The position numbers and the translations under genes are program-made. Shown here piece by piece: positions 55,282 through 57,531 of a stretch of 57,531 bases of DNA. The notes below the pieces were generated by a model. The model did not search any database, was not told the origin of the DNA, and saw nothing but the letters and a program-made list of their open reading frames with translations. Position 1 is the first letter of the stretch, and every line of letters begins with the position of its first letter. Origin of the DNA: a virus (Duplodnaviria; Caudoviricetes); the IMG/VR virus record IMGVR_UViG_3300027777_000042, positions 1 through 57,531 of that record, one strand, 5' to 3'.

Positions 55282-55826
55282 TTACTGTCCTTTCGATTTT
55301 TGATAATCCAGATGGATGCCGTACATCAGTACGCTAAAGACCATGACCCATGAAAAAACTGCAATGCAAATTGCCGCCCGAAATTCCCATTTGGCAATAA
55401 ACTGCCGCCTTTTATAAGCGGCTTCTTCACGGGCTTTTTTTGCTCACGCTCGACTTTTTCTCGCTCTTTACGCACAATCTCACGCATTTCTGTGAATTTT
55501 GACCAAAGACCGGGCATTCCAACCTGATAAATAATCATTTCACGCAATTCAGTTTCCATCTGAGTCATCTGCTCTTGACGAAGAACTCTGTTCATTGCTT
55601 CTTCGTTGATGGATATATTTTTGGGTAAAGGAACTTTTTGGGACTCCTTATCAGCAACCTTAAACTCCTCGTTGTGCGTGAAGAACTTACCCAAATGCTG
55701 ACTGATGTCGGTGACTATTCCTGATAGATCTTTACCATCTTGCTTGAACTCGTTGTAGAGTTCCACGCATTCTTTGATTCCTGCGTGTGCCGCCTTACAA
55801 GCCGCAAAGATGGTGATTGGATCCAT
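55282..55826 (-). CDS. Coiled-coil protein with probable -1 frameshift extension adding a TM helix (0-frame stop at 55326)
   Basis: In-frame A_AAA_AAG at 55434-55440; the -1 frame is open to the TAA at 55282-55284, abutting the holin ATG. Confidence 0.65.
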
Positions 55827-55966
55827 TATTCCTGCGGGGGAGGAGTCTGTGCCTGTGCCTCTTTCTGCACTTCAGCAATCAATTGGAACACTTGGTCATA
55901 GGGTTGCTTACCTAAGTAGCCCATGATGGCGTTAAGAAGATTGATAGGTAGTGTGATTTTGTCCAT
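55826..55966 (-). CDS. 46-aa conserved small protein (start corrected to MDKITLP)
   Basis: TGATG coupling and GGAG RBS; YLGKQPYDQVFQLI motif. Confidence 0.6.
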   Translation of the reverse strand: MDKITLPINLLNAIMGYLGKQPYDQVFQLIAEVQKEAQAQTPPPQE

Positions 55967-56283
55967 CAAGCACTCCAAGGAAGTGGTTGTGATGATGGGG
56001 ATACTGGAGGTGTAATCATTGAGTTGATTTGACCTTGTACACATGATTGTACGCCTGCAATTTGTTCTGAAGGAATCCAACCAATTACAATGTTTTCAGT
56101 TAAGGAAGAATAAGGAATAAATGCACCTTCTTGGTCAGCAGAATTAAATTGCGTGTTGCTACCAATAGTACAAGTATACGCTCCATCTACGCCTGTGACT
56201 TCCCATAAAGCATTGACCACATAATTAGGGTCTGGCTGTTGTAGTGTGTACATAGCAGTAATGCGAGTTGTAAAAGTAGTCAT
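55966..56283 (-). CDS. Tail-fibre-associated small protein
   Basis: FIPYSSLTENIVIGWI...PLPW pattern; follows the S74 fibre. Confidence 0.6.
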   Translation of the reverse strand: MTTFTTRITAMYTLQQPDPNYVVNALWEVTGVDGAYTCTIGSNTQFNSADQEGAFIPYSSLTENIVIGWIPSEQIAGVQSCVQGQINSMITPPVSPSSQPLPWSA

Positions 56284-56285
56284 GT

Positions 56286-57531
56286 TTATGCTCCTAATCT
56301 TGTTTCTAAAGCAATTACTTTTGCATTAAGTTCTTTGATGGCATTTATCATGTGCCACATAATATTGTCAGAGTTAACAGATAAAACACCTGTACTTTGT
56401 TCTGTTACGCAATCAGGCAAAATTGTTTGAAGTTCTTGAGCAATTGCACCTAGTTGAACGCCTTCTTTTTTGATGACTTGGTTTTTAGGTAAATCAGTTA
56501 CTTCATCTTCATTACGATATTCAAAGTTGCGTACTTGTATTTGTGTTACTTTGTCTAAGCCTACATTGTTGTCCACAATGTTTTTCTTTAGACGTTGGTC
56601 AGATATTGTTGCCCATACAGCGCTATTTGCTCCATTGTATGTAAGTCCACCACCACCAGTAATAAACGCAGTATTAACACCTTTTCCAGCCGCTCCGTAT
56701 GAAGAAACTAAAACTTCTCCAGTAACACCTGCCGCACTTGCGCTAGTATTTGAGCCAATGTATGTAGAAGTTGAGCCAGTAGATATAGTTTGTCCAGAAT
56801 AATATCCAACACAGACTATATTATTTCCCGAAGTTATGTTAAGTCCTGCCACAGTTCCAATGCAAGTATTAACATACCCAGAATTGTTAGCATTTAATGA
56901 TTGGTATCCCAAGGCAACATTGTTATAGCCTGAAGTACAAGCATAGAGTGCGCTAAACCCTATACCAGTGTTGTTTGTGCCTGTTGATGTTCCTGATGCA
57001 CCTAATAATGCTTGCACACCAACAGCAGTATTTGAACCTCCTGTTTGATAATACCCCGTTTGATAACCTACTGCTGTGTTGTTAGTTGCTGTGGTGGTAG
57101 AATATAAAGCACAGTCACCAACTGATGTGTTGTAATATCCAGATGTGCTGTTGTAACTTGCTAATCGACCAACTGCGGTATTGCCTGTTCCAGTTGTTTT
57201 AGCAAGAGCCGAATAACCAAATGCAGTAATATTGTCAATGATCCCAGTTGCTCCAGCAAGCCCACCTGCCGAACCATAACCAACAGCGGTGTTGTTACTT
57301 CCTGTGGTGTTGTTTTGTAGTGCCTGATACCCTACTGCGGTGTTGTTATCGCCTGTATTTGCTGTTAATGCTGAATTACCAATAGCAACATTGTATGCGC
57401 CCGTTAAGTTTGCGGCTAATGATGCTTGGCCTAATGACGAATTAAAACTTCCTGAAGTATTGGCAATTAACGCACCATGACCGACTGCGGTATTAAACCC
57501 TCCACTATTGTTCGCTTTTAAACTTGAATAA
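56286..57531 (-). CDS. Tail fibre C-terminal part with beta-helix repeats and peptidase S74 chaperone (5' truncated by the window)
   Basis: Frame open from 57530 (YSSLKANNSGGFNTAVGHGAL...); ISDQRLKKNI...GAIAQEL. Confidence 0.85.
   Translation of the reverse strand, partial: YSSLKANNSGGFNTAVGHGALIANTSGSFNSSLGQASLAANLTGAYNVAIGNSALTANTGDNNTAVGYQALQNNTTGSNNTAVGYGSAGGLAGATGIIDNITAFGYSALAKTTGTGNTAVGRLASYNSTSGYYNTSVGDCALYSTTTATNNTAVGYQTGYYQTGGSNTAVGVQALLGASGTSTGTNNTGIGFSALYACTSGYNNVALGYQSLNANNSGYVNTCIGTVAGLNITSGNNIVCVGYYSGQTISTGSTSTYIGSNTSASAAGVTGEVLVSSYGAAGKGVNTAFITGGGGLTYNGANSAVWATISDQRLKKNIVDNNVGLDKVTQIQVRNFEYRNEDEVTDLPKNQVIKKEGVQLGAIAQELQTILPDCVTEQSTGVLSVNSDNIMWHMINAIKELNAKVIALETRLGA

Noticed and set aside
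1-57531. Stop-codon reassignment, tRNA genes, introns or inteins
   Set aside because: Core genes are intact in the standard code with normal lengths; no tRNA-like or insertion sequence noticed by eye.

Overview
This window is a nearly complete (~57.5 kb), circularly permuted genome of a tailed dsDNA phage. It looks podovirus-like and is probably lytic (no integrase or tRNA seen). A freshwater Betaproteobacterial host is inferred from gene style only. The two window ends are the N- and C-terminal parts of one tail-fibre gene. A long minus-strand arm (28191->1, wrapping to 57531->41917) encodes DUF932, primase-helicase, an iteron-rich origin, TerS, TerL, two large inserted proteins, portal, GroES, scaffold, major capsid, neck and tail proteins, tail fibres, holin and endolysin, and ejection proteins. 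A plus-strand arm (28451-41920) encodes replication and nucleotide-metabolism genes. The best candidate for a new system is a base-substitution or hypermodification pathway laid out like Z-DNA or hmU phage clusters, but with a divergent ThyX-fold enzyme where PurZ or ThyA would be. Its parts are dCMP deaminase, a MazG/PRA-PH NTP pyrophosphatase, family A polymerase, a nucleoside deoxyribosyltransferase/N-glycosidase, an HD nucleotidase, DUF6378, the ThyX-like enzyme and two GT-A glycosyltransferases. Other signals: a probable programmed -1 frameshift (A_AAA_AAG) that adds a membrane anchor to the pre-holin gene, a repeated GTTTAC-operator/extended -10/TTAACTTT leader architecture, modular gene cassettes with shared ends, a CG-rich imported tail-fibre segment in a CG-poor genome, and several small ORFs missed by the ORF track. 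All family calls come from motif recognition by eye, not database searches.
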